From Gammaproteobacteria bacterium (lineage in GTDB: Bacteria; Pseudomonadota; Gammaproteobacteria; Steroidobacterales; JBCCMA01), in assembly GCA_045107005.1 (NCBI GenBank), contig JBGCFP010000003.1, positions 4,164-68,163 of the forward strand: a stretch of 64,000 nucleotides of DNA. The letters are read 5' to 3'. The notes below the pieces were generated by a model that did not search any database, was not told where the DNA came from, and saw only the letters and a list, made by a program, of their open reading frames with translations. Shown piece after piece: positions 28,369-38,166 of the stretch; the first letter of the stretch is position 1, and each line of letters starts with the position of its first letter. The position numbers and the translations under genes were made by a program.

Positions 28369-30270
28369 ATGAATTCCCATCGTTTTCCCATTCTGATTCA
28401 GTGTTTTTCTTTCATGCTCTTCGCGCTGTCGATGTGCCCGGCGCAAGCCGATACCGTGCCCAACGGCGGGTCCATCAGCGGATTCCTCAATGCAGTGGAT
28501 AACAGTGACTCGCATACGTTCGACGGTGTCGCCGGTCGGATCGGTCTGTTTTCCATTGGTGGTGATATTCCCGGCGGCGAGTTTTACTCAGTGTTTGATC
28601 CCACGGGCGTCCTGCTCACATCCGGATCCGGGCAACGACTGGTCACATTACCCATGACCGGAAGCTACACCGTGGTGATCCAGAGTTTTCAAACCGACCG
28701 CACCGGCAACTACCGTTTCCATTTGGCCGTAGCGCCAGGTGCCAACGAGCACGGAGTGGTCGCCAACGGCTCTTCGCTGCCCCAGTCGCTGGATGTCGAA
28801 GGGGATATCGACAGTTTTGTATTCGACGGTACAGCAGGACAGTCCGGGGTCGTCTCGATTAGTGGCGATGTGTCCGGTGGCGAGTTTTTCACCATCGTGA
28901 ATCCTGACGGAACCTCGTTGACGTCCGGTTCGTCGCAGCGCAATGTCACGCTGCCACAAAGCGGGATCTACACCGTGCTGGTGCAGAGCTTCCAGAGCAG
29001 TCGCATCGGTGACTATCGTTTTCACCTGGCGCTTGCCCTTGGCGCGAACGAGCATGGCGTTGTGCCCAATGGCTCGTCCGTCACGCAAGTCCTTGACGTC
29101 GGTGGCGACATTGACAGCTTCACGTTTGACGGCATTGCCGGCCAGGCCGGGTTGACGTCGATCAGTGGCGACGTATCGGGCGGCGAGTTTTACACCGTCT
29201 TTAATCCGGATGCGACGACGCTAACGTCGGGGTCGGCGCAGCGTTTGATCACGCTGCCGCAAACCGGCACCTACACGGTGGTCGTGCAGAGTTTCCAGAC
29301 GAGCCGCATCGGCAGCTATCGCTTTCATCTGGCGCTGGCGCCAACGGCAAGCGAGCACGGCGTGGTCCAGAACGGCGGGTCCGTCATTGAGGAGTTAGAC
29401 GTCGATGGCGACATCGACAGTTACACGTTTGACGCACAGGCCGGCCAGGGCGGCGTGGTGTCGATTAGCGGTGGCGTCTCGGGCGGGCAGTTTTACTATC
29501 TCTTTGCACCGGACAGTTCATTGGTCACCAGCGGTTCGGCACAGCGAGTGATTGCGCTGGAGCAAACGGGAACGTATACCGTGGTCGTATCGAGTTTTCA
29601 GACCAGCGGCACCGGTCCCTACGAATGGCATCTGGCGTTGGCGCCTGGCGCCAACGAGCATGGATTGATCCCGAGCAATGCCTCGGCGACACAAAACCTT
29701 GATGACGACGGTGAGATCGACAGCTTCACGCTAAACGGTTTTGCCGGCGCCGATGGAGTGCTGACGTTGACCAGCCTTAGCGGGACCGGCAAGTTCATGC
29801 GTGTCTTTGGCCCCGATGGCAGCAACCTTGGTAACAGTTCCAGCCAGGTTTCGCTTGTCGACATGGCGCCCGGTATTCACACCGTCGTTGTGCGCAGTTT
29901 CCAGACCAGCGGCACCGGCGACTACCTGCTGGACTGGTCCGTCGACTGCGCTTCGTCCGGCGACAGCGACGGCGACGGTGTACCGGACGCGTGTGACAAC
30001 TGCACCGTGGTTGCCAATGCGCTGCAGGAAGACTCTGACAATGACGGCTTTGGCAACCAGTGTGATGCCGATTTCAATCAGGATTGCGTCGTTAACGTCC
30101 AGGATCTGGGCTTCCTGCGTTCCGTCTTTTTCACCAACGATCCGGATGCCGACCTCAACAGCGATGGCGTGGTCAACATCATTGATTTGGGTGTGCTCAG
30201 AACGCTGTTTTTTATGCCACCCGGACCGTCGGCGACGGGTCAGTGTTCGAGGGCCGGACCTGTCCGGTGA
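28369..30270 (+). CDS. Secreted protein with five PPC-like (pre-peptidase C-terminal type) repeats and a C-terminal TSP3 + dockerin-like module
   Basis: AGGAG RBS and signal peptide MNSHRFPILIQCFSFMLFALSMCPAQA. Five ~101-aa repeats, each with D-x-D-S-[FY]-x-F and Y-R-F-H-L motifs. Confidence 0.85.
   Translation: MNSHRFPILIQCFSFMLFALSMCPAQADTVPNGGSISGFLNAVDNSDSHTFDGVAGRIGLFSIGGDIPGGEFYSVFDPTGVLLTSGSGQRLVTLPMTGSYTVVIQSFQTDRTGNYRFHLAVAPGANEHGVVANGSSLPQSLDVEGDIDSFVFDGTAGQSGVVSISGDVSGGEFFTIVNPDGTSLTSGSSQRNVTLPQSGIYTVLVQSFQSSRIGDYRFHLALALGANEHGVVPNGSSVTQVLDVGGDIDSFTFDGIAGQAGLTSISGDVSGGEFYTVFNPDATTLTSGSAQRLITLPQTGTYTVVVQSFQTSRIGSYRFHLALAPTASEHGVVQNGGSVIEELDVDGDIDSYTFDAQAGQGGVVSISGGVSGGQFYYLFAPDSSLVTSGSAQRVIALEQTGTYTVVVSSFQTSGTGPYEWHLALAPGANEHGLIPSNASATQNLDDDGEIDSFTLNGFAGADGVLTLTSLSGTGKFMRVFGPDGSNLGNSSSQVSLVDMAPGIHTVVVRSFQTSGTGDYLLDWSVDCASSGDSDGDGVPDACDNCTVVANALQEDSDNDGFGNQCDADFNQDCVVNVQDLGFLRSVFFTNDPDADLNSDGVVNIIDLGVLRTLFFMPPGPSATGQCSRAGPVR
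28450..29943 (+). repeat. Five tandem ~303-bp coding repeats (PPC-like beta-sandwich units)
   Basis: Units end ...APGANEHG / ...ALGANEHG / ...APTASEHG / ...APGANEHG / ...LLDWSV. Periodicity 102, 101, 101, 101 and 93 aa, counted from the translation. Confidence 0.8.
29944..30270 (+). repeat. TSP3 + dockerin-like module, copy 3 (C-terminal)
   Basis: DSDGDGVPDACDNC..DNDGFGNQCDADFNQDCVVNVQDLGFLRSVFF..DADLNSDGVVNIIDLGVLRTLFFMPPGPSATGQC. Confidence 0.85.
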
Positions 30271-30328
30271 CGTTAGGCCCGGAATTTCAGCGCATCGCCA
30301 GGCTTGTCAGTCTCAATGATTGGGCACG

Positions 30329-30937
30329 CTACCGCGTGCCTAGCAGGGACTCGCGAAACACTTCCCACGCGACCCGGCTGGGGTCGCGGCAGGCGTTCTC
30401 TTTGCATACGAACGAAATCTGCAGCGCCGAGCTACCGATGTTCTCGGCGATGATGACGAAGTAGACCGCATCGGCGTTAATCATGCCCTCAACTATCAAC
30501 ACGTCGTGGTCGTCGATGATCAAGGGCGTCAACGTCAGGTCGGTGGCCCCGAGGTGCTCGAAATACGCCCGCATGGACATCAATTGATCGTCCACTGTTT
30601 TTTCGAATTCGCGGGTTTCGCCGTTGTAGACAACGCTCGATGTCGTCCTGCTCAGGAAGTAGCCATACCGGATCTTGGGGTTTTCCTTGCGCTGGATCTG
30701 CTTGAGGTCTTTGCGCCACCCGATACGGCGATAGGTCCCGGACCGGAGCCAGGAGTACGATTCCGGCAACAACACAATGCGGCTCATGTCAGCGACGACC
30801 TCCGTTGCAAAAACCTCGCCGATGCGAACTTCTTCCCAGTGTTCAGGATTGTCCGGGTCGAGCACGAGTTTTTTCGCGCTGACACTGGACGCCGCAAAGA
30901 AAAGTGCGCTCAGCACCAGTGCTCGACAGCGCATCAC
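30329..30937 (-). CDS. Hypothetical secreted protein, translationally coupled to the upstream S9 peptidase
   Basis: Signal peptide MMRCRALVLSALFFAASSVSA. 4-nt overlap with the 30934-32985 gene. I recognise no motif. Confidence 0.55.
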   Translation of the reverse strand: MMRCRALVLSALFFAASSVSAKKLVLDPDNPEHWEEVRIGEVFATEVVADMSRIVLLPESYSWLRSGTYRRIGWRKDLKQIQRKENPKIRYGYFLSRTTSSVVYNGETREFEKTVDDQLMSMRAYFEHLGATDLTLTPLIIDDHDVLIVEGMINADAVYFVIIAENIGSSALQISFVCKENACRDPSRVAWEVFRESLLGTR

Positions 30938-32985
30938 GATGCATCACCGGCGGCCGCTAGCGCGTCGGGTTCGCTCAGCAGGTGTTTGTCAAGAAAGCGG
31001 CGCAACGCTTCAATAAAGTGCAGTTGATTGCGTCGACTTTCAAAGCCGTGCCCTTCGTTCTTGTAGAAATACGCTTTGTGTTCCTTGTCGAATTTTTTCA
31101 GTTGTTCGACAAAGCGCTTCGATTGCTCGGGTAACACGTTTTTGTCCCGCTCGCCGTGCACGACCATGATGGGGGCTGTGATGCTCTCCACGTTGTGCAC
31201 CGGCGATTTGTCGCGCAACTCCTCAACACTGCGATTGGCAATGAGCGTCTGTTGGAAGAATTCGCGCAGATCCTCGGAACGTTCAGATTTGTTGCGTACC
31301 AGCGCTTCGAGGTCTGAAACACCGGCGAAGCTCACGCCACATCGATACAAATCGGGAAAACGAGAGAGGCTCATCATCGCGCTGAACCCACCAAAACTGC
31401 CGCCGTAAATACAGACTTTGTCACCTTCAAAAAGACCCTGTCGCTTGGCCCACAACGTCGCGTCACGCAGATCGTCCTGGATCGCGCGATCCCATTCGCC
31501 GTAACCCAGCTGCATGAACTCACGCCCAAATCCACCAGAACCGCGGAAATTGACCTGCAAGACGGTGTAGCCCCGGCTCGCGAGATATTGGATATCCGGA
31601 TTAAAGGCCCAGTGATCGCGAATGCCGAACGGGCCGCCGTGGACCATTAGCAGTAATGCGCCGTTGGCCTCGGCAACTTCGGGTTTGGTCAGATAGCCAG
31701 GCAGTGCGACAGCGTCGGACGCCTCAATGGTCACCGGATGGACCGCTGACATCTGATCCGCTGGTAGCTCGCCGAAGCGTTGGGTTTCGATGACCGTGCC
31801 GGCGGTGTGATCGTAAATATAGTAGCGCGACCGTTCCTTGTCGCTGAACGCACGGACTAACGCGACGTCGTCATTGCCGGTAAACGTGAGATCGAGATGC
31901 AGATCCGGAAAGACCTCGTACAGCGCCTCGTAGATGCCCTGTCGCTTGGTGTCAAAAAAGACCTGCTGCATTTTCTCTCCGTAGAAATAGACGCCCACGG
32001 GTTCATTGGTGGTTGGCGAGTATTCAACGCCGGTGAGGTCGTAGTTGTCGTCTACGAACAGCGTGTCGACAAATTGCTCGGTCGAGAGGTTGAAACGATG
32101 CAGGCCGAGCGTGTCATGACCGTTGTAGCCTTTCACATAAATGACGTTGGGATCCGATGAGAAACTCAGAATGCTGAACGCATCGTCGTAGTCCGTTTCT
32201 TTTGTCAGTCGGAAAAACGGCTGCCATTTGGCCTTCGGCTTCGGTCGCCACCGATAGACCAGATCGTTGCCGTCGATCGCGATGGCGATGCGCACGTTGC
32301 CGTCCTGATCGGCAATCCAGTGCACGACATCACCCGGGTTCGTCTCTACTTTGGCCATCTTGTCGCGATGCATGATATTGAGTTTGTAGACATCGCTAAA
32401 GTAGTGGGGACGATCCGGTTCCTCTTGTTTGTCGACGATATCCCGATGCAACTTGCGATTGATACTGGTCACGAGAACGTGCTCCGGATCGTGCCGTAGA
32501 GGGTCGATCAGTCGCATCGTGTACCATTTCCACAGCATGCGCCGTACGGCGGCGTACGAACGTTTTTTGCCCTCAGCGGTCGTCCGTACCACGCGGCGAT
32601 CGGGTACATCAATGACGTTGAACAACTGATCAAAATCGGCGTAACTGCCAATTTCATCTTGCAGGTAGGCCAAGTGGGAATCGTCGAGCCACGCGATGGC
32701 ACGCGGCGCCCAGTCTCCATATTCCTGCGACGAAATTCGCTTGCCCGTTTCCCGGTCCGTGATGATCATGTCGTGAACGTTGTTGTCGCTGCGCACGTGC
32801 GTCACCAGATAGCGTCCGCTGGGCGATAACATTGGAGCCTGGTAGGTGGCAAATTCGTAGTAATCGGAAATTTCGATCTTGGCCGATGCTTCGTCCGCAC
32901 TCACGCCGATAGCAGCCATCACCGATAGTGTGAAGGCGCACAGGATTTTTGCGGCGTGTCGCTGCTTGTTATGCTTGTGGATCAT
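30934..32985 (-). CDS. S9 family serine peptidase (prolyl oligopeptidase/DPP type), secreted
   Basis: Signal peptide. Propeller-like N-terminal half. C-terminal GGSFGG nucleophile elbow, HGERDKNV and NEGHGF catalytic-triad context. Confidence 0.85.
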   Translation of the reverse strand: MIHKHNKQRHAAKILCAFTLSVMAAIGVSADEASAKIEISDYYEFATYQAPMLSPSGRYLVTHVRSDNNVHDMIITDRETGKRISSQEYGDWAPRAIAWLDDSHLAYLQDEIGSYADFDQLFNVIDVPDRRVVRTTAEGKKRSYAAVRRMLWKWYTMRLIDPLRHDPEHVLVTSINRKLHRDIVDKQEEPDRPHYFSDVYKLNIMHRDKMAKVETNPGDVVHWIADQDGNVRIAIAIDGNDLVYRWRPKPKAKWQPFFRLTKETDYDDAFSILSFSSDPNVIYVKGYNGHDTLGLHRFNLSTEQFVDTLFVDDNYDLTGVEYSPTTNEPVGVYFYGEKMQQVFFDTKRQGIYEALYEVFPDLHLDLTFTGNDDVALVRAFSDKERSRYYIYDHTAGTVIETQRFGELPADQMSAVHPVTIEASDAVALPGYLTKPEVAEANGALLLMVHGGPFGIRDHWAFNPDIQYLASRGYTVLQVNFRGSGGFGREFMQLGYGEWDRAIQDDLRDATLWAKRQGLFEGDKVCIYGGSFGGFSAMMSLSRFPDLYRCGVSFAGVSDLEALVRNKSERSEDLREFFQQTLIANRSVEELRDKSPVHNVESITAPIMVVHGERDKNVLPEQSKRFVEQLKKFDKEHKAYFYKNEGHGFESRRNQLHFIEALRRFLDKHLLSEPDALAAAGDAS

Positions 32986-33099
32986 CGAGGGGGCAGCCCG
33001 TGGTACCAGGAGGTCTTATTTTATCACTTGGTGAGGTTTCCGCGACTTGAGACATGGCGTCGAGCATCCGCCACGCGATTTAAACCGATTCAAAGGATT

Positions 33100-34638
33100 A
33101 TGACCAAAAAGACTCTCCGCCTGATATTGGGCGATCAACTCTCACCGCAGCTCAGCGCTCTGGAAGAGTTTGACGTAAAGCGCGACACCATCGTGATGAT
33201 GGAGGTGAGCGATGAGGGCACATACGTGCCGCACCATCCCAAGAAGATCGCGTTTCTGCTTTCTGCCATGCGCCACTTTGCTGCCGGGATGCAGCAGAAC
33301 GGGGCCCGTGTCGACTACGTGAAGCTCAACAGCAAGCGCAGTCGCAAGAGCTTGACCGACACGTTGGGTGCCATCGTCACCAAGGGCGGATTCGATCGGC
33401 TGGTGGTCACAGAACCCGGCGAGTATCGGGTGCTCGAGATGATGCGCGGGTGGTCGGCAGTCTTTGGTCTGCCGGTCGAGATACGGCCCGACACCCGTTT
33501 CTTCGCCACCCACGACGACTTTGATCAGTGGGCGGACGGACGCAAGCAGCTCACTCTTGAATATTTCTACCGCGAGCTGCGACGCAGGACCGGTCTTTTG
33601 ATGGACGGCAAAGACCCGGCCGGCGGCAAGTGGAATTTCGACAAGGACAATCGCAAGCCAGCTCCGGCAGATTTAAAGTATCGCCAGCCACCTGAGACCG
33701 AACCAGACGAAGTCACGCTAGAGGTCATCAAGCTGGTCAACAAGCACTTTGGCGATCACTTCGGCGACATCGAGCCGTTCACCTGGGCCGTTACGAGCGC
33801 CGGTGCGCAGCGTGCGTTTGATCATTTTCTGAAACACGGGCTGCCCCGCTTTGGCGATTTTCAGGACGCCATGGTGCAAGGCGAAGCGTTCATGTATCAC
33901 AGCGTGATTTCGCACTACCTGAATGCAGGATTGCTGGACGCTCGTGATCTGTGTGAGCAGGCCGAAACGGAGTATCGCGAGGGCCGTGCGCCGATTAACG
34001 CGGTGGAGGGGTTCGTGCGCCAGATTCTGGGCTGGCGCGAGTTTGTGCGCGGTGTGTACTGGCTGAAAATGCCTGACTACGCCGAGCTCAATACGCTCAA
34101 TGCCAGGCGCGAGCTGCCGCCAAGCTACTGGGGTGGCGACACGAGCATGAACTGCATCAAGCAGGTCGTTGCACAGACGCGCGAGCACGCCTACTCGCAT
34201 CACATCCAGCGGCTGATGGTCACCGGCAATTTCGCACTGTTGACCGGGATCGCGCCGAAGGCCATTCACGAATGGTATCTGGCGGTTTACGCCGACGCTT
34301 ACGAATGGGTCGAAATGCCCAACACCATCGGCATGGCGACGTTCGCTGACGGTGGCATTGTCGGCACCAAGCCCTACGCCGCCAGCGGTGCTTACATCAA
34401 CAAGATGTCCAATTTCTGCAGCGGCTGTGTCTATAGCGTCAAGCAAAAAGAGGGCGAAGAGGCTTGCCCGCTGAACTATCTGTACTGGTATTTCATGCAT
34501 GTGAACCGAGAGAAGCTGGCTGACAATCGCCGCCTGGCGTTTCCGTACAAGTCGTTATCCCGATTTTCCGACGAGAAAATCGACCAAATAGTGCGCGACT
34601 CGGAGCGCTTCCTGGCCGCGGAGTTTCCGGCCAACTAA
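33100..34638 (+). CDS. Cryptochrome/photolyase family protein of the FeS-BCP type (PhrB/CryB-like, probable (6-4) photolyase)
   Basis: 512 aa. Four-Cys signature MNC...C-S-G-C-x13-C with the same CxxC-x13-C spacing as the [4Fe-4S] ligands recalled for Agrobacterium PhrB. ATG at 33100 with AAAGGA RBS. Confidence 0.8.
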   Translation: MTKKTLRLILGDQLSPQLSALEEFDVKRDTIVMMEVSDEGTYVPHHPKKIAFLLSAMRHFAAGMQQNGARVDYVKLNSKRSRKSLTDTLGAIVTKGGFDRLVVTEPGEYRVLEMMRGWSAVFGLPVEIRPDTRFFATHDDFDQWADGRKQLTLEYFYRELRRRTGLLMDGKDPAGGKWNFDKDNRKPAPADLKYRQPPETEPDEVTLEVIKLVNKHFGDHFGDIEPFTWAVTSAGAQRAFDHFLKHGLPRFGDFQDAMVQGEAFMYHSVISHYLNAGLLDARDLCEQAETEYREGRAPINAVEGFVRQILGWREFVRGVYWLKMPDYAELNTLNARRELPPSYWGGDTSMNCIKQVVAQTREHAYSHHIQRLMVTGNFALLTGIAPKAIHEWYLAVYADAYEWVEMPNTIGMATFADGGIVGTKPYAASGAYINKMSNFCSGCVYSVKQKEGEEACPLNYLYWYFMHVNREKLADNRRLAFPYKSLSRFSDEKIDQIVRDSERFLAAEFPAN

Positions 34639-34681
34639 AGCAAGCGTGCGAAATGTCCGGTCATTAACCGGTGTCGGCGAC

Positions 34682-34692
34682 ATTGTATACAA
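34682..34692. promoter_or_regulatory. Operator-like palindrome ATTGTATACAA (site 1)
   Basis: Perfect TTGTATACAA 10-mer at 34683-34692, upstream of the TonB-dependent receptor gene. Confidence 0.55.
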
Positions 34693-34756
34693 CGTTTGCC
34701 CGTTGTCATCGCAAGAGCTTGTCAAAGCTACCAATTCCCGGTTAGTCTCAAGTTCA

Positions 34757-34768
34757 ATTGTATACAAT
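34757..34768. promoter_or_regulatory. Operator-like palindrome ATTGTATACAAT (site 2)
   Basis: Perfect 12-bp palindrome, 75 bp from site 1, upstream of the TonB-dependent receptor gene. Confidence 0.55.
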
Positions 34769-34949
34769 CCATCTGCGCAGCAGCGGAGACCGTCGCGTTT
34801 TCCACCATCACCTTCGGCTGGACACAGGATGTCAGGTCGCCAGCGGGTTGCGTGGGATGGCGTCTGTCGTGCTTTCCAAAAGTGCCACCTGCGCGGCCTG
34901 AAAAACGCCGTGACGTCAGCGTCACGCAGATAAAGTGAAGGGGACTTCA

Positions 34950-37454
34950 ATGAGAAAATGGGCAACAGGGGCGTCGCTAATGGCGCTTGCGGCGCCGATG
35001 GGCAGTTTTTTGGGGCTTGGTGTCGGTGCGAGTGCGCAGATCGAAGAAGTGATCGTGACCGCCCGCCAGCGAGAGGAATCGCTGCAGGATGTTCCAGCAT
35101 CGATCACGGCGTTTACCGAAAAAGATCTGGAACGCATCGGCGTACAGCGCGCCGAAGATTTCGTTGGTCTGACGCCCGGCGTTACCATCGTCAATACGGT
35201 CGAAGTCGGTGATTCGCAGGTCAACATCCGCGGGCTCAACGGAGCGCGTGACGGCGAAACGAACTTTGCGTTTATTCTCGACGGCGTTTTGTACACCAAC
35301 CCGAGTGCATTCAATCGCGAGTATTCGGATCTGGCCCAGATTGAAGTGCTCAAAGGGCCTCAAGGGGCGCTTTACGGGCGGTCCGCCGCGGCAGGCGCGA
35401 TCATCGCGACAACCCGCAAACCGGGAGCGGAGCTCGATGGCTACGTGGAGCTGGGCGCGGCCGAGTTTGGCACCGTGTCGGCACAAGGTGCCATCGGTGG
35501 CGCACTCGGCGGCAGTAACAAATGGTTTGGTCGAATCAGCGGCGACTATCGCAGCACCGACGGTTTTCTCAGTAATTCGTTTACCGGCGCCGACACCGTC
35601 AACGATTTCGAAAGCTCGAGCATCAGCGGCCGGCTGATTTATGAACCCACCGATAATCTGAGCATCGATACCAAACTGCGTTACGCGACGGTTGAAGCAG
35701 CGGCCATTGCGTTTAATGCGTCCTTTGCGCTGCCTGGTTTTGCGGCGGCTTTCGGTAATCCTGATTTCTTCGAGGATGCGAACAGTCACGATTTTCGTTT
35801 TTCGCCAAACGTCGATCCGGTGAACGAACAGGACACGATCGAGCTGTCGATCAAGGCGGACTACGACATGGACGTGGGTACGCTGTCCGCCTGGTTGCTG
35901 TACAGCGACCAGGAGCAGTTCTTTGTCGCTGACGGCACGTCCGGCGCGTTTGGTTTCTATTTTGGCGACCAGGCCTGTCTGGATTCGACGGCCGCGCTGG
36001 CTGGCACAACGTCTGTCCAGTCGCCGACGTTTGTCGGTGGGACGCCGGCCGGCTCACTGTTCCCGCCCTACAGCCCAACCACCTGCGACGGATACCAGTA
36101 TCAGGAGCGTAATCAGGAAGACCTGAGTTTCCAGGTGTCGCTGACCTCTCCGGGTGATCAGGCGCTGCGCTGGCAGACGGGTATGTACTTGCTCGATATT
36201 GATCGTCGCGTTGGTGTTGCTCAGTTGCTCGATGATGGCAGTGGTACCTTCCCGCAGTCGTTCATTAATGACCGAACGGATGCTCTGGTGCTGGACGATT
36301 TCAGCACTCAGGTTTTCGCTCTGTTCGGCTCGTTGAACTACGACCTGACCGACGACATCGAAGCGTCGCTGGCGCTGCGTTGGGATCGAGAAGAACGCGA
36401 AGTGTCCAATGCCGTGCCGACGCCGACTCAGCAGGTGTCGACGCGAATTAACTATTGCGCCAACACGCCAGCTGGCTTCTGTTCCTTCGACGGCGTGACC
36501 GATATCGGCGGCACGCCGCTCAACCCCGCCTTCATTACGGATTTTCAAACCGGCATCGTGACCGACACGATTGCTGATCGCGACCGCGCGTTTACGGAGC
36601 TGCAACCGAAAGTGAGCCTGAGCTGGGACGTCAACGATGAGCTGACCATCTTTACCAGCTGGGGAGTCGGCTTCAAGAGCGGCGGCTTCAATAACATCGG
36701 CGGCACCGAAACGATCCAGTTCTTCCTGGTGGACGGCGGTGCAAGTCTGGTCGCACCACCTGAGTCCTTCGACAAGGAAACCTCAAGCGCGTTCGAGCTG
36801 GGCTTCAAGTCGGTGCTCGCAGACGGTGCGTTCACGCTGGACGGCGCGGTTTTCAACACGGATGTCGACAACATGCAGTTCTTCGAATTCTTTGTCGGGC
36901 CGTTTGGTCTGCTGCGCGTTGTCGAAAACATTGACAGAGTGTCGATCGTTGGTGCGGAGCTCTCGGCCGGCTGGCAGGTGACCGACAACTTCTCGATGAA
37001 CCTGGGCTTCAGCACCATCGAAAGCGACATCAACCAGAATGACATTCGGCCGTTCACGGTTGGCAACGACGCGCCCAGCGTGCCGGGTCTTACCTACAAT
37101 TTCTCGGCGCAGCTCGTGCAGCCGGTCAGCGACAGTATCGATTTTGTCGGGCGGCTTGAGTACTCGTACGTTGGTGATACCTGGTTCCACACGGTGCAAG
37201 ACGACGTGGTGCCTGCCACACTGTTTGGCGGACCTCCGGCCGATTTCTCGCGGTCCCGGGTCGATGGCTACGGCATAACCAACCTGCGTTTGGGCATTGA
37301 GACCGACCACTGGTCGTTCACCGCGTACTCACGCAATCTGTTTGACACTGAGTACCTCGCCGAAGTGATTACGGCGCCAGAGTTTGGCGGTTCGTTCGTG
37401 CATCCCGGGGTGCAACGCACGTCCGGCATCGAAGTGAACTACCGCTTCGATTGA
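34950..37454 (+). CDS. TonB-dependent outer-membrane receptor
   Basis: Signal peptide. Plug motif EEVIVTARQREESLQDVPASITAF. About 800-aa beta-barrel with terminal ...VNYRFD near-terminal aromatic. ATG at 34950 with AAGGGGA RBS. Confidence 0.9.
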   Translation: MRKWATGASLMALAAPMGSFLGLGVGASAQIEEVIVTARQREESLQDVPASITAFTEKDLERIGVQRAEDFVGLTPGVTIVNTVEVGDSQVNIRGLNGARDGETNFAFILDGVLYTNPSAFNREYSDLAQIEVLKGPQGALYGRSAAAGAIIATTRKPGAELDGYVELGAAEFGTVSAQGAIGGALGGSNKWFGRISGDYRSTDGFLSNSFTGADTVNDFESSSISGRLIYEPTDNLSIDTKLRYATVEAAAIAFNASFALPGFAAAFGNPDFFEDANSHDFRFSPNVDPVNEQDTIELSIKADYDMDVGTLSAWLLYSDQEQFFVADGTSGAFGFYFGDQACLDSTAALAGTTSVQSPTFVGGTPAGSLFPPYSPTTCDGYQYQERNQEDLSFQVSLTSPGDQALRWQTGMYLLDIDRRVGVAQLLDDGSGTFPQSFINDRTDALVLDDFSTQVFALFGSLNYDLTDDIEASLALRWDREEREVSNAVPTPTQQVSTRINYCANTPAGFCSFDGVTDIGGTPLNPAFITDFQTGIVTDTIADRDRAFTELQPKVSLSWDVNDELTIFTSWGVGFKSGGFNNIGGTETIQFFLVDGGASLVAPPESFDKETSSAFELGFKSVLADGAFTLDGAVFNTDVDNMQFFEFFVGPFGLLRVVENIDRVSIVGAELSAGWQVTDNFSMNLGFSTIESDINQNDIRPFTVGNDAPSVPGLTYNFSAQLVQPVSDSIDFVGRLEYSYVGDTWFHTVQDDVVPATLFGGPPADFSRSRVDGYGITNLRLGIETDHWSFTAYSRNLFDTEYLAEVITAPEFGGSFVHPGVQRTSGIEVNYRFD

Positions 37455-37466
37455 TTTTCGATAGTC

Positions 37467-37505
37467 AGGCGCGCCCGGTCTGGAGCCGGGCGCGCCTTTT
37501 TTTTG
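37467..37505 (+). terminator. Rho-independent terminator
   Basis: AGGCGCGCCCGG-tctggag-CCGGGCGCGCCT 12-bp GC stem followed by T8. Confidence 0.85.
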
Positions 37506-37539
37506 CGAACTGCCGTTAGCACGTGGTGGGACTCGATTC

Positions 37540-38118
37540 ATGCGCATTGAGGTTGGGATTCCCGAGCGCGACCGACGGGCTGCCGCGCAACTCTACGACG
37601 TCGCCTTTGGCAGCAAACTTGCGCTGGCTGTACCGGATTCAGACCAGCGTCTGGTTCTCCTAACCCAGTCCCTTTTCCTGGATTACGCCGTAGCCGCATT
37701 CGATGACCAGAAACTGGTCGGGCTGGCAGGGTTTTCGACGAGCGAAGGCTCGCTTACGGGCGGCATTGACTATCGCTCTTTGCTGCGTGAATTGGGATTC
37801 ATTGGCGGGCATAGGGCCGCGCTCGTGTTCAGCGTTTACGAGCGAGAGATCAAGCCCACAGAGTTATTGATGGACGGCGTAGTGGTCGATGCGCCGTGCC
37901 GTGGCCGGGGAATCGGAACCCAGCTGTTCGCCCGCATTATGGACGTGGCGCGAGAGGGCGGTTACGCGACCATTCGCCTTGATGTCATCGACACTAACCC
38001 GGCTGCAAAACGGCTGTATCAACGCCTGGGCTTTGTCGAAGGGAAGACGGAGTCCTTTGAATTTCTGCGTGGCGTGCTCGGGTTTGGGGCGTCGACAACG
38101 ATGATTTACACTCTGTGA
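37540..38118 (+). CDS. GNAT family N-acetyltransferase
   Basis: Acetyl-CoA motif A VDAPCRGRGIGTQLF and ...AKRLYQRLGF. Confidence 0.8.
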   Translation: MRIEVGIPERDRRAAAQLYDVAFGSKLALAVPDSDQRLVLLTQSLFLDYAVAAFDDQKLVGLAGFSTSEGSLTGGIDYRSLLRELGFIGGHRAALVFSVYEREIKPTELLMDGVVVDAPCRGRGIGTQLFARIMDVAREGGYATIRLDVIDTNPAAKRLYQRLGFVEGKTESFEFLRGVLGFGASTTMIYTL

Positions 38119-38166
38119 GACCGGCACGCAGATCGGCTTCCTGCCGGCGCGATATAAGGAATTTCA

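Noticed and set aside
28450-29943. The regular ~300-bp periodic repeats could be mistaken for a CRISPR-like or satellite array.
   Set aside because: The period is far too long, there are no short direct repeats with unique spacers, and the repeats are in frame and encode conserved protein units.
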